Shown here piece after piece: positions 11,801 to 24,284 of a stretch of 64,000 nt of DNA. The position numbers were made by a program, and so were the translations under genes. Position 1 is the first letter of the stretch, and every line of letters starts with the position of its first letter. Under the pieces are notes generated by a model, which worked only from the letters and a program-made list of their open reading frames with translations, made no database searches and was not told where the DNA came from. The stretch comes from Amoebophrya sp. A120 (Eukaryota; Protista; Dinoflagellata). The stretch is from the NCBI GenBank assembly GCA_905178155.1, contig CAJINV010000010.1:2364778-2428777 (forward strand), written 5' to 3'.

Positions 11801-14800
11801 ATACGCAAATCCAGCATCAGAAACTTCCTTTTGATATGGGGAGGGGGGATTTTTCCTTGTGATACAACCGATCTAATTCCTCCAACATGGACTTTTTCTT
11901 TTCTTGCTCTTCCAACGCTGCTACGGCCTCCACTGCGTCTTCGAGCAAAGAGCGGGTCGTACTAATGCAGCTTGCTGCACTACAACTTTTGTTCCCTCCA
12001 CCTCCTCTGAGATGCCTCAACAGTATGCTGACGTCATTCCCGAAACAATCGCAGTCGCCGCTAATTTTCCGAAAAGCCTCCTCTAGAAGAGCGTGGGTGG
12101 AACGACCAGCGACTCTGCTATAATTTTGGCCGAGGACCCCTCCGCCGCTGTTGGTGGATGACGGAATATGAAAGTTATTGCCCATTGCAGATGTTGTTCC
12201 CTTCCTCTCATCGACCCAAGTCTGCGTGAAGATGTCGAAATCTGGGATGGCTGGCAAAACCCCATGCAAGAACCACTTCCGCTGCTCTTCCTCGGTCTTG
12301 ACGTCAAAAAGTTTGAAAATCTTTTCGCACGCCGTCGTCAGATCTTTCCCCTTCCGCTTCGACCGTCGCATGTTTTGTGCTTCCTTCAACTCGTTTAGGA
12401 AAGTTTCGCACTTCTTCGCGGGAGAATGTGTTGCGGTTGGGGATGAAGAGGGTGAAACAGGAGGTGCTCCACCTCCTGCGGTTGATGGAGACGCAGCAGG
12501 ACAAGAGGATGACCCTGGCACAACTTCTGCGCTTGGTGCAGATGCCTTTGCATCAACCGGTAGTCCTGCTCCCGCAGAGCTAGCCGCGAAGCTAGGAGAA
12601 AAAGAAGAGGACGCAGGTGGAGGAGGCTTCATTGCTTCGAAGATCAAACAGAGCTGCTGCGTCACGTATAATTCGGTGACTTCTCTGTCTAGGTCGGCAG
12701 CGCAAGAACCGGCGTTCTTGTCCTCTTTCAATTCTGTTTCTTGTACACCGTCAGGATCTACTGCCTCATTTATTTCCCCGGTCGTGGCGGGTGCAACTAG
12801 TTCATCTCTCGGCGTTTGCTCCATATCGACGTCGGGGGCAGCAGCTCCAGGTGCTGGCAGTGCACCTACTCGGCATACCGTAATAAGCGGCTAAAGTGGT
12901 AACTTTTTCCGAGCCACAAAACAAGAAAGCTATTGCTTCGCGCCGTGCGTGGTCCCCATGACAAAAGCAGAAATGAAAGCCCTTGTACCAGGGCGAGGCG
13001 CTCCCTTTCTATTGATTCTTGCGGAAAAAAGCCAACAAAGCTTCAAAGCGCTCCCTTTGCGGAAAAAAGCCAAAGCTTCATCAAAGGACTAGGTTCCTAT
13101 TTGCGCGCTCAAATAGGATATCTATTTCTATGCTTTTCGAAAATGCAAAAAGATAAGCTCCCTAATGGCCGCGCCATTAGGGAACTTATGCTTCAGAGTT
13201 TTTGCGTTTCCACTTGCGCATCATCGAGTGAAAAAAACCCAAAATCTCAAGCCATGAGTTCCCTAATTGCACGTGCCAATAGCGAACTTATGTTAATGTT
13301 TTTCGAAAATGAAAAGTCAAAAGTGTCCTAATCGCGCGTGCCATTAGAGAACTTATGCCTCAGAATTTTTGCATTTGCGCATCATCGTCATCGAGTGAAT
13401 AAAACGCAAAATCTCAAGTACGGACGCGCGAGGTTTTTTCCCCAGGGAAAAAGCAGAAGGAGAGAAATCCTGCAGCACTTAGCTCGGGAAGCCGGAGAAT
13501 GCAGAAGCTAGCAGTCGTGCGGAAAAAATTTCATTCGCTTGCTCTTTTTCTGTGGGCCGTACCAACTTAGCCGCTAATTACGGTTTTTCGAGTACTTCAC
13601 CTCTCGCCGTTTGTTCCATATCGACGTCGGCGGCAGCAGCTCCAGGTGCTGGCAGTGCCACCGGAGCAGCAGGGCCTTCATCACGATCCCTCTGTTGATC
13701 ATCCGCCTCTACGACCTCCATTGGATCATTTCCACCTGGCACAACTGCTACGTCTTCCGTCCCCGCGAGTACTCTGCTCCCTTCGCAATCGCCCTGCTGA
13801 GTGGAGGCAGTTCGCGCAGTGCCTTGCGCGGCTTCTAGTACCAGACCAGCTTCCACGCTCCGTCTATTAACGAGCTCCTCGTCTCTAGCTCTACTCGCAT
13901 GGTTCGCCTGCTCAGCTGGTTCCTCCCTTTCACTTTCCTCCCCCGCAGAACATGCGCCCTGCTCAAGTGCACAAGAAGCACCTGTTTCTCCTCCACAGTT
14001 CCGATTGATTTCGCTGAGAGAGGTATCGTGAGAAAAAAGTGCTTCACTGTAAGCTAAGGATTTTGCAAGCTTTGCATGACAAAGTCGCATGACAAAGTCG
14101 TTGCACATGGCAAAGAAAACGTGCCATGCGTACTTCCCAATGGAAAACGTGTTGAAAAAGCCAATGTCTTGTATGTGTAGCAACACAAACGCGCTTGCGT
14201 TCCATTCTATGCATCACAAGTTTACAGTGAAACAGTTTTTTCTTTGCATAAGAGGAAGAATTCGAGCCGCCCAAGGTCGTAGAGGAAGAAGTTTGACTTG
14301 CGTCAGCTGTTCTTTTAGCAGGATCGTTTAAAAAAGGCCGCGGGGGCCCCTGATCAGGGTCGGACGAAGAAGAGCTGCAGCCAGGATGATGAATGCAACT
14401 AGCGGGAAGAACATCAACTGAGAACAGGTCGTGGTTGCTGTTGTTGTTGCCGGATTTACTATTTTCACCTTTTTCCGGACCGGAATTTAGTACCATGTCA
14501 ACACTCGGAACAACAGATGAACTGCTATCCAGCATCGCGACATCAGTCGACGACGAAGAAGACCCTGAGAAGGAAGTTTGTGTTTGGTCCATCAACACGC
14601 CAGGTGATGCTGATGTTGTGCTGTCAGCTGGATCATGAACTTCTTCTTGTTGCTGTCGCGCAACGACGCCTTCCTCCTTGCGAAGAGGAAGTAGACTGGG
14701 AAGTAGTAGCTCTGACAGCGTTCTTTGTGACGCTGCCTCCGCTTTTCCTGTTTGCTTTTTATCCTCCTCCTCGCCATCATCTTCATCCAGCAGTTCCAAC

Positions 14801-17800
14801 CACTCACGCAAGACCTCCTCTCCATGATCTTGTACGCCTGCACTAGTATCAAAATCAAACTCACCAACTCTTTCGCAAAACCCCTGGTGTTCCGCATCCG
14901 CCCTCCGGTCGTCTTCCAGATCGGCACTTGATGATGCCGCGGCGGTCAACTCTACTTCAGTATTTTTGCTAAAAGTGCCATTCTGTTCATCGACCGCCGC
15001 GGCCTGCTCATCTAGCCCACCAGAGGCAGAGCCCGCCTTATCCTGCATTAAAAGGTATGATTCCTGGTCGCCTTCCAAACATGCGTCGATTTGAGCCAAC
15101 AAGAACGCATCGTGATCTTCTAGTACTGTATCAAGCGGCAGAGCAAGTTCGGTAAGTGCTGCTGCCGCACCTGGTAGCACGGTGGCGAGGGCAGCTTCCA
15201 GGTCAGCGTTTATCTCTTCGATGCTGGGGCGAACTGCTGGGGTTCCTGGTGTTCCATTCTCATTCTCTGCAGAAGTTGTACTATTCTGAAAAATAAACTC
15301 AGCTTTTCCATCGTCCTCTTCGTCCCCTTGCAGTTGCAAATCCGCATCACAAGTTCCCACCTCCTGCTGTTCCTCCTCGAGAGGTTCCAGTAAGCAGTCG
15401 GCGTGTGCTGGTTTATTGTCCCCCGCGCCGGGGGCGTCAAAATCGAAAAAGCTGGGCAAAGCAGGTTGCAGATGGTGCCTCGACGTAGTTCTTTCATCTT
15501 CCAATGTTGCAGTTGCATTTTCCATTGATGACGTCCTCAAATGTGGCTGAACAGAATCAGCATGGAAGAACTGGAAGTCGTGCTCCTGTCGGCCCTGCTC
15601 GTCACAGCTACTTCCTATCTTTTCATCTTCATCAAAGGTTACTGCCTCCTGGTTGTGACCACCCATTGATGGCGGCGGCGGCGGCGAAACTACGCTCTCT
15701 GCACTCGCCGCGAAAGGCAGCACAGCCGCATCGTGGTCTTGTATTGTGTCGAGTAGAGTAGAGAAGTCACCTCTAGAAGTAGTACCGGAGCCGGGCACCG
15801 GCGTAGTATTTTTATTGGAGGGAGCACTTTTACGATGCTCCTCCGTTGGACCACTACCAACTTGATGTTCCTCGGTGGAAACAGCAGGTTCCGCATTCAT
15901 TCTGATTCCCACTCTCGTCTCTGCACTACTGGGCAGCAGGAGCACCGGTGACCCTCGGCCGGAGCGCAGTGAAACCAGGCTGTCCCCGCCTTCCACCAGA
16001 GGGGAATACGAATAGGTGAGCTGAGAATCATCACTTTTGACCACAGCTGACAAAGGCGTCGCCGTGAGAGAGGACGCGTGGCTCCTGTCTGCAGGAGATG
16101 GTGACGTTGTCATCGAATCTTCACGTATGATCGTTGTTCCTGGCGTTGCTTTGCTTTTGTGAAAAAGCAATCTTCCTGCTCCGGGGGGAGACGGCAAGCC
16201 TGCGCTCCCCGGCGTAGAAGAAGTTCTTGTTCCTCTGACAGTGCTATAATCAGCAACCTCTACAACTTCTGACACATGCAAAGACGTCCGGAACCTCTGC
16301 GCCAGCTGGTCCACTGCATTGCGCTCCTCAGCACGGTTTGTTCCGCCGGGCAAAATGCTTTTCGAATTCCATGGCGACCAGTTGAACGCACTAGCCCTGG
16401 ACGAAGGTGAGTTATCCAGCTCGGGCGCGCTGTGGAGCTGGAAAATTTCGGACAGCTCGGGCGGGAGGAAAAACTCATCGCTTTCTGCAGGACCGGTCGG
16501 GCGACCAGCTTGGTGCTGCTGATGTTGCGTGTCTTCTGGTACTGCAGCTGCTTCCTGCGGTCCTACTGCAGGCCACTCCGCATGATCCACAGGCGGCGGT
16601 GGCGGCGGCTCCGTGGGTGGAGGGGTCTTCGGCGTTGTGCTGAGACCTTGATGTTTTTGTACTAAGGGGTGCCTGCTTTGGTAGCTCGAATCATGCAACT
16701 GCTGTGCCCCCGGCGGCGGGGGAAAGTTAGTGTTATCTTGTGCTGCAGGAGGAGGTGATAGTATCATCGCATTGGTCGGAGTAGTCGTCGTCCCCTCGCC
16801 AGTGTAAGAACCAGGAAGAGCAGCAGCACTTGGTACAACTTCTTGCGGCCTTTGCCGCAGATATGTTGTAGCTGCTTCTGCTACTTTATTGAGAGGAAAA
16901 ATCCCCCCTCCCCATATCAAAACGGAATTTCTGATGCTGGATTTGTGTACACGAATCGGGTTTGTATTGCAGAGAGGCACTGCGGCCAGATCCCCAGGCT
17001 AGGTAGGGGCGTATGGGTCTACTTGTTCAACACGGCAAACGGCTCAGGTTTAGGCCAAACAGCATGACAAATCGCCTCCATAATGGAGCGGAAGCTTCTG
17101 CCCTTGTCTTCTTGCAAGACAGATGCGATTTGTGACCTCAAATCAGCAACACAAATTTTCGGAAACGTACCTTTTCGATATGTGGAGGGAGGATTTTTCC
17201 TTTTGATATACTTCCTTGGTCTCCAGTCCAGGAGGGGCCGCAGGTCGCCGCAGCGAAACCGCCGACAAAGGCAGTGGTGGCGGTGCTGCTGGTGCTGCCT
17301 CTTCCCCTTCCCCTTCCCCAGAGAGCAGCGTTGGCCGCGGCCTCCGTGGAAGATCCTCACTTCTTGTGTAGAAAGATTGCAACAGATGGCTCGGCATCAT
17401 GTTGTGTAGTTGCCAGGGTCGAGGACCAGTTGATGCGCCGATCGGCTGTGTCTCAGACCCAGGTGGCACGTAGGAGCTCCTGGCACTACGCGGCTGACCG
17501 TGGTTCTGGTGCAGTGGCGCCTGCTGGCCATGGCCTCCATTCGGGTTCGGCCCTGGCCCCGGCTCGATTATAGCATCGTGTGCTGCCGGCGCGTCTTGGG
17601 CTTGTCTCGACGGGCCCCGCTGTCTCCTCCGGGAGTGCTGCAAGAACGGGGCTGCACTACCGCTCGAACTGCTCAAGCCCCCTGGCGCATGATCGGGCCT
17701 GGCCGCAAAAACGCCTGCTGGAAACAAGGAGAAGCTGCTGGTTGTTTTCTTGTCGGTAGCTGCATTATATGCATCATCCCCGTGCTGGGAGGGGAGGAAC

Positions 17801-17937
17801 AAGTGGGAGATGAGGCAAAGGAGGAAATAAAGACAGGTGAGTTTCATCACCTGCCTCCTTGTGGTGCACAGAGGGTGATCCTCATGAGGGGGTCTGACGA
17901 GTTTTGCAACTCTACTACTGTACATCATCTTGATCAT
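8873..17937 (-). CDS. Large low-complexity multi-exon protein with N-terminal hydrophobic (signal-like) segment
   Basis: ORFs 17143-17937, 14044-16980, 13578-14186, 11817-12824, 10747-11640, 10321-10521 and 9407-10165 join in frame after element removal (KEV|AEA, SSS|LSE, DRL|RQE, AEL|AGG), and across a GT-AG intron holding the MITE at 12867-13594. Confidence 0.55.
8955..9164. mobile_element. Introner family D
   Basis: TIR TATCCAGGAAAAAAACTGTGTAAGTGTAA / TTACACTCACACAGTTTTTTTTTGCATA; TSD GCCAG. Confidence 0.88.
9217..9530. mobile_element. Introner family E
   Basis: TIR TATT..GTGAAAAATGCCTCCACCCC / GGGGCATTTTCATTGTAATA; TSD decayed (CGCAG/CGAGA). Confidence 0.8.
10079..10357. mobile_element. 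Introner family C
   Basis: 32-bp perfect TIR TATCCTGAGTAAAAACGTACCCACACCAGAGT; TSD AGTTC; near-identical inverted copy at 62461-62739. Confidence 0.92.
10498..10777. mobile_element. Introner family C
   Basis: Family C TIRs; TSD TGGTC/TTGTC. Confidence 0.9.
11544..11864. mobile_element. Introner family B
   Basis: TSD CAACC; frame restored. Confidence 0.88.
12867..13594. mobile_element. About 725 bp TA-flanked MITE (Tc1/mariner-like) inside a GT-AG intron
   Basis: About 35-bp imperfect TIR TACTCG....ACCGTAAT(A/T)AGCGGCTAA..TGGTA at both ends; internal repeats CCTAAT.GC..GCCA.TAG.GAACTTATG x3; no ORF of note. Confidence 0.75.
14024..14250. mobile_element. Introner family D
   Basis: TSD AGAGG; frame restored. 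Confidence 0.88.
16887..17208. mobile_element. Introner family B
   Basis: TSD TACTT; frame restored. Confidence 0.88.
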
Positions 17938-18703
17938 CTCCCGCTACCAGTTCTTGCAAGTAAAAAAATTATAAATTATCACGCAGCTGCATGCCACGAA
18001 CTGCTACAAAAAAATGATCGTAGGTATATTTTTCATGCGATCTTACGGGCAGCATGTCAATAGAAAAAAAATGTTTCTTTGCATTTTCTCAGTCAGTCTG
18101 TAGCTGCTATTGTTGTTCGGTTTCACCAACATGAAAGTGGAGGGTCAGAAGCAGAAGCAAAGTCAGACCATGAAATGCTTGTGACGTACGACGTCAAACC
18201 TAACACATAATTCACGCGACGTATGATCTTTTTTCTTCGTTGCACGAATGGCGTTACCAGAGCAGAAGCAGCGGTGGTATACAACTAAAGAAAGTGCCGC
18301 GGTTGGATCCTTTTCAACTTCATGCAGGGGTCAACATCTTCACAGACTCAGACACCTCCTGCTGCGAGACATCAAAAATCCAGTCCTGATCATCGTCTGT
18401 CATCATCGCGATCGATTGGTAGCAAAATGAAATCCGTATGGTACTATCTTCGTACTCTCTTCTTTAGCCTAAAGCACTTCTACTATCAATCTACTCCGTT
18501 GATCTTTTGAACTTCTGTTGCCCCAGTTTTCTTTTTCTCACACAAGAGTGAACAGGCTGCACAAAACGTTCCAATTTTCACTCCTCGCAGAGAAATGTTG
18601 CGCCATGTTTTTCCTCCTTGAGAGGCGCTTTTATTTCGAAAGCCTGACTCAATCAGGACAAAAGAGAATTCAAATTGTCGTTCTTGTAGCGACACACCAG
18701 GTC

Positions 18704-21560
18704 TTATTGATCTTGAGATAGTAAATATTCGCCATGATCTTTATCTCTATCACCGATTGCTCCATGCAGTTGCTTCCTCCGCAGAGCCTGCGACACCCTC
18801 TTCTCGGTCTTCGTCTGCTTCCGCAGCATCGCCTTACTTCGCGCGGCACCGTGTCTGCGCAGACCACTGCTACTTTGTGATCGACCACTGCTTATGTCTG
18901 TTCTGTCTGTTCTCGTCTGCTGCTCTCCTGCACCTTCACTATCGCTACCGCCCCCAGGACGATCTTCTCGACCACGACCTGTGTCAGCAGGTCTAACCGC
19001 AGGAGAGAGCTGTGCTTTATCTTGTTCGGGAAGAACCACCCCCGAGTTATGATGTTCTCCACCTTGACTCGCGGCTACTGCTCTGGTTCCTCGTCTGGAG
19101 GAAGCCCTGGAGGATGCAGTTCTCCGCCCACCAGCGCTAGTACTTCTCCGCGCCTGTCCTCGCGACGAGGCCCTTTGGTGCCGACGGCTGGTAGCAGATG
19201 AAGGAGACTGTTGCACAACAGCTTCTGGGAGCCCTCCCGTCCACGGCGGAGACGTCGTCGAAAGATCTTCTTCTCCCAGGAACTGCTGCATCGATATTCT
19301 TCCTAAGCTTAGAGAATTTTGTTGCGCAGCAGTACCAGCTATTTTTCCAAATACTGATTTTTTCCTAGAGCTTGCTTCCTGCTCTGCCCCCGCGATGTTG
19401 ATCCCGCCCGACACGAAACTCGGTTGCAGCTCCTGTGTTGAAAATGCAGTTGTCCTACTGGTCGTGGTTCTTTCACCGGCGCGGGGGTACTGGAGGTCGT
19501 CGCTGTGGCGATACAGCGCACTATCCCTATCGGCAGAAGTGCCGAAATGCATCGAAGATGAAGCCCCGGCCACAACTGCAACAGCTTCTTCGCTTATATT
19601 TTTCTCGTCCGGATATTTTTGGCGCGCGGGCTCGGAAACTCCCGCCCCGGTCGTACTACTCGTGTACGAGGCTTCTCGTTCTCCTGCAGCTGCAACCGTG
19701 CCTTTGTTCCTCGATGCAGCAGTATTGAGGAACGTAAAACCCGGTGCCGCTGTACCGTTTTTCCCGCCCCACTTGTTGTTTCCACCGCCTTTGTAGTTCC
19801 TCCCATGGGCAAGATCAGGCCTACCGTTTTTGGCTTGAAGTGGCAGCTGTTGCATGTGCAACAACATCTTCCCAGGTGTTGAACCAGTGCTGCTGTCGCT
19901 CGTGGCATTTTCCGACACCTCGTAGCCTGTGAACTTCACGACCCCCGGAAGATGATCTATCACGAGGAAAAATTCCCCCAGCCCCAAAGTTGCAAAAGTT
20001 TGTGATGCAAAGTTTCCAAGTGAAAACTTTTTGTCATGCATGAAAGGAGTATGAACCTTTCCGATCGATGCAGATTCTAGGCGTGTGTGTGTGTGTCGCA
20101 TCGCTTGCATGACAAGTGCCGCTCTTGATGCTGGGATCTTTTGCAATACAGATTTTTCCTATTCATGATCGGAAATCTGTGATGCTGATAGATGCAGGAG
20201 GGCGCATGTTTCATTTGGAAAGGTTTGCAATACAAATGCTCCCAAGTTCGGGGGTGGGGGCATTTTTCATTGTAATATGATCGCAGTCCTCTTCACTGTC
20301 AAGCGCGTCGTCGTCCCCACCGCCCGCCTGCCGTCCCACGGTCAAAAACCCCGCGGTGGCCAGGCAGGCCACGCCGAGAAAGCCGCAGTATCCACTGCAA
20401 AAATGTCTGGGTCTGGAAACTTGTGATACAAGGAAGGGAATATTGAGCACACTGTAATGTGCTCCCCAGCATGACAAGTTTTTCCGTGGTTCAGAGTTAC
20501 GTACTCCGCATGAGAAACTGCTTTTTTGCATGACACACAAGAGGACCGCTTCGCGGGCACGCAATACAGAGTTTAGAGTCATGCCAGACGAGCATGACAA
20601 ATCTCGCAATCTCCCAGACCCAGACAGATTTGCAGTTCATACGCAGAGAATCATCACGATAAGACGGAGGTCGGAAGTGGTGTGGAGGTCCGCTTCTTCA
20701 GAAGTTGCGGATGTGGTACTCGTAAAAGTCATCGAATCAGTAGTTCCTGCTTCAGTACCAGTACCATTTAATATTCCAGCACTCGTGCCATTTTTCGTAC
20801 CATTTCTGGAAGATCTACTCTTCTGTGTGCCTGCTCTCCTACTACTTCCGGAAACGAGAAACGAGCGGCCTTTTGATTTTCTGCCCACAAGAAGCGGTGA
20901 GGCAATGGACCACGGCTCGGAAGGAGAAGTCGCACCCTGTAGAAGTTGTTGTACTTGCTTTCGCGTCGTCAAAAGCGGCACTTTATTCTCTGCTCGGTTG
21001 TCTACTTTCGACCCTAGCAACGAACTTCCGCCGCGCGCCTTCTGGAGAGCAGAAGTTCTTACTCCTGTGGGTATAATTTGTTCCCTTAGTCTTAGAGCTG
21101 CTGGTGCTGGTGGTGGTGTGCTATAATTGTTCTCCGCGGATAATACTATCGTCCCACGCCCTGGTGGTTGTTCCACGCGAACTTCCTCCGAATTTTTCCT
21201 AGTTGTTGTTCTCTGCTGCTGCACCAGAACCGCGTGTGCCGTAAAAAATCTTCGACTTGGTGCACTACTTTTTGCGCCGCCGGAAGCGGAAGTAAGAATC
21301 AGTTTCTGATCTACTTCTTCTACATTTGATGTGGACCATGTTGGTCCACCGCATGATGTGGTCGTAGTTCCCGATAGGGGCAACAGGAGAAAATCTAAAT
21401 CACTGCCTGCGAAGATTATGGCAATCGTCCAGAACAACAGAGGTCGAGTCATTTTCATTTTGGGATGAAGGAGAAAAATCTGAAGAACGAGATTTAGCTG
21501 ATGATTGCGGGAAAGAGAACTCGTTTTTGTCGGCGGCAGTACTTTCGTGGTGAGTGACAC
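18704..21560 (-). CDS. Type I membrane-like low-complexity protein
   Basis: Signal-like MKMTRPLLFWTIAIIFAGS. The TM segment LIVMILC|GFLGVACLATAGFLTVG is restored by removing 20389-20641; CDH|LPGVVKF by removing 19958-20277. Confidence 0.6.
19958..20277. mobile_element. Introner family E
   Basis: TSD TGATC; frame restored. Confidence 0.88.
20389..20641. mobile_element. Introner family A
   Basis: TSD CGCAG; splits a TM helix, restored on removal. Confidence 0.88.
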
Positions 21561-22235
21561 TGACAGGATTACTTTTCTAAATGTAAGCTGCCATTAAACT
21601 GGCGAATATTATTACTTTTTGACAAGTGCCTCCAAGGGGACTGCATTCCTTTCGCGTTGTAGTTGTTATTTTCACGCAGCTCGGCGGTGTAGAATATTCT
21701 TCTTTTGATGGTTCAGATTGGTCCACGACCTACGAGGCGGCAATACGAGCCATCGAAGGAGGACCACACGGCACGAAGATCAAGATATGAATCACGAAAG
21801 GAATATGAAGAACGAAGATGTTGCGCAAGAACGACGAACGACGATGAAGCAAAAATATCAGAGACCTCGTACGATTGAACAATCCCAAGACGACGATTAT
21901 TTAGAGGTTAGTACAGCCAACTCTGTACATTTTACAAAACATCACTTCGCTGTGTTTCCTGACGATTATGACACGAAAACATAACAAGAAAGACAACAAG
22001 GATCGGATCGTGAACACGGAGCATCTTCAAGCAGGTATAGCTACTAACGTACCTATTGCCTGCTCCTGGGTCTCCGACAGACAGGGAAATTCAAATTTTT
22101 CCGCGACAGACATTTCTTCTGCATCTGCTTCGGGTATTTTTATATAAAAGCCCACTTCGTATGTTATTCCACGACATACCGATGCCGGAATTGCAAAGCG
22201 AAAGCGATATCTTTGCAACATATCATAAGTTCATC

Positions 22236-24144
22236 TCACACATAGTATTCTTTCTCTTCACATGATCTTCCCTGTTGTTCGGTTTTCGTCTTCCTCTTCG
22301 ATCGGCTTCGTCGACGCTCTTCCTTTAGCCGTGGGAGGGAAGCAGCAGCTTTTGAAGACTCCACGTCCTCTTGCGGCCAGGAGTCGCCTTGCGGCCAAGA
22401 GTCGCCTTGCGGCCAGGAGTTGTCTTGCGGCCAACAACCCTCCTCCTCCGCCTCCCTTTCGCCAACCTCATATCCGTATTCAACAAAACTTTCCTCCGGC
22501 CAAAACGCCTCACCCTCACCTAGTGCCACGTTCCTGCTGTGACGCGGCTCAGCGGTCTTGCCGATACTAGTTCTTGAACCAGAACCGCGCTGCACAATAA
22601 CTACCTCCGGAGCGATGTTGAATGCCTCGTGTGTACTAGTAGTTCCAGTGCTGGTGATCTTCACGATCTGCTTTCGCCGCGGGTCCTCGCCGGGAGGGTC
22701 GTCCCTTGTTCCAGATAAAGGTCTTGATGCAGCCACAGGCGTGGAGGTCATCTTCATCTTCTCTACTGCAGACAGCCGACTCGTTACGTCCGCCTTACTA
22801 CTCCTAGTACTACTAGAAAGCGACTCCCGCACCGACCGCGCGATATTTCGGACTGCTTGACAGCGGAACACCAGAAAAGAGGCCGAATAGAGCAGAAGTC
22901 CCCCCGCCACCGCGCCGAGGGCGACGAAGATCCACGTGAGATCTGCTTCGTCGTCATCTGTTCTCCCCACCAACGGCGCTCCAGGTGCCGAGGTCGAGAC
23001 CGTTGGCGGCTCAGGTCCGGCGCTACTAGTACTTGGCGTAGTGGTACCTCCTGAACCGGGCTGCTGCCCCGTGGTCGTCGTCATCGTTCCCGACGATGTT
23101 TCAGTGGGCATTGCCGGTGATTGACCTGATGTTGTATGTCCCGGCGTTCGTCACATCAAGAGCTGGTGGTATCCAAGAAAAAAAACTGTGTTTGTGTCTC
23201 GGGGTGACAGCATGACAAATTCGCTCTGCATGACAGAGAAGCCCTGACTTGTTCACGGGCAGCGAGTACGTGGAAGCTCGTATGTTGAAAAGAGGACGCT
23301 ATAATAGGTGGACACCATGACAAGTGTCATGTAACTGTTTTGTATTTTCTGCATCACAGACTTACACTTACACAGTTCTTTCTTGCATAGGTGGCTCTGT
23401 GATACTCGTAGCGCCCCACTCGCAGGTGAAGTCTCCCGTCAGTCCGTAACCCGGCCGGCACGCTCGGCATGCTTGCGCGCGGGTATTGTAAAACTCGCAC
23501 CGTGGGTACAGCATCGCGTACCCGTTCGGACACACGCAGGGGGGCTTGACCAAACTAGACCGGACGGTGACCTCGTAGGGCGCGACATCCTGCGCAGCGT
23601 ACGCGTGCCCGTCCGTCAAAGTCTCCAACGCCCCACAGCAGGTGGTCACGTGGTACAGACAACCCCCGTTTTCGGTCCGCGTTTGCGTTTTATTGCTGCG
23701 CGCGCAGTAGGCCGGATTGATCTCTAACGTTGCTACGTGGTACCAGGCCCAGTTGGGACACACGGTTCCGAACGTGTAGCGCACCTTCAACACCGGCCGG
23801 GTTACCGTTGGGTACTCCAGGATGTCTGTGTAGGGGGCTGCAGCAGCTGTCGCATTGGTCAGGATCTCGGGGTAGCTTGCCTCGTGGTATCCGAGGACAT
23901 GGGCGGTAACTGTCGGATCGATCTTTTTGTGTTGGGTCAGGCGCCACCGCTCGGCGATTGCCGTGCGGGAGAGGTAGGAGCTGTAGCGTAGGTCGTACCA
24001 GGAGAGACGGTAGTCGTACGCTGCATCGAAGACCCCGTTGTGCAATTCCGGCACAAAGATCACCTCGTTGCCGACTTGCGGAAAGGCTAAATGTATCCGG
24101 TGCAAAAGAAGTTGTTGTTCAACATCGCATTCACTTAGGGACAA
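22236..24144 (-). CDS. Cys-rich (EGF/furin-like) single-pass membrane protein; 5' end unresolved
   Basis: CVCPNG...CRACRPGYGLTGDFTC, a Thr/Ser-rich stalk, TM WIFVALGAVAGGLLLYSASFLVF and cytosolic SWPQGD repeats. One unexplained frame change near 23120. Confidence 0.55.
22368..22436 (-). repeat. 18-bp coding tandem repeat (SWPQGD-type, 4 copies)
   Basis: TTGCGGCCA(A/G)GAGT(C/T)G(C/T)C repeats. Confidence 0.8.
23170..23389. mobile_element. Introner family D
   Basis: TSD GGTGG. Confidence 0.85.
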
Positions 24145-24284
24145 GTAACACCAAAGGTGGATGCAAGAAAACCTTAGAACCTCTTAACCTCTTCGACCTT
24201 GCTAAAGTGCAACTCGTGGTCTGAGGCAGACTCTAGTACGTATACGTGTTGTTGCGATAGTACTTACAACTTTTGCAGTCCATA
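24094..24284. mobile_element. Decayed family F-like element
   Basis: TATCCGGTGCAAAAG...CTTTTGCAGTCCATA ends, no recognisable TSD. Confidence 0.45.

Noticed and set aside
12178-12894. Plus-strand ORFs (also 9290-9985, 20530-21126, 40829-41443)
   Set aside because: Antisense shadows of minus-strand exons.
12933-13331. ORF inside the MITE as a transposase
   Set aside because: 132 aa, derived from internal repeats, no DDE or HTH motifs; no autonomous element seen in the window.
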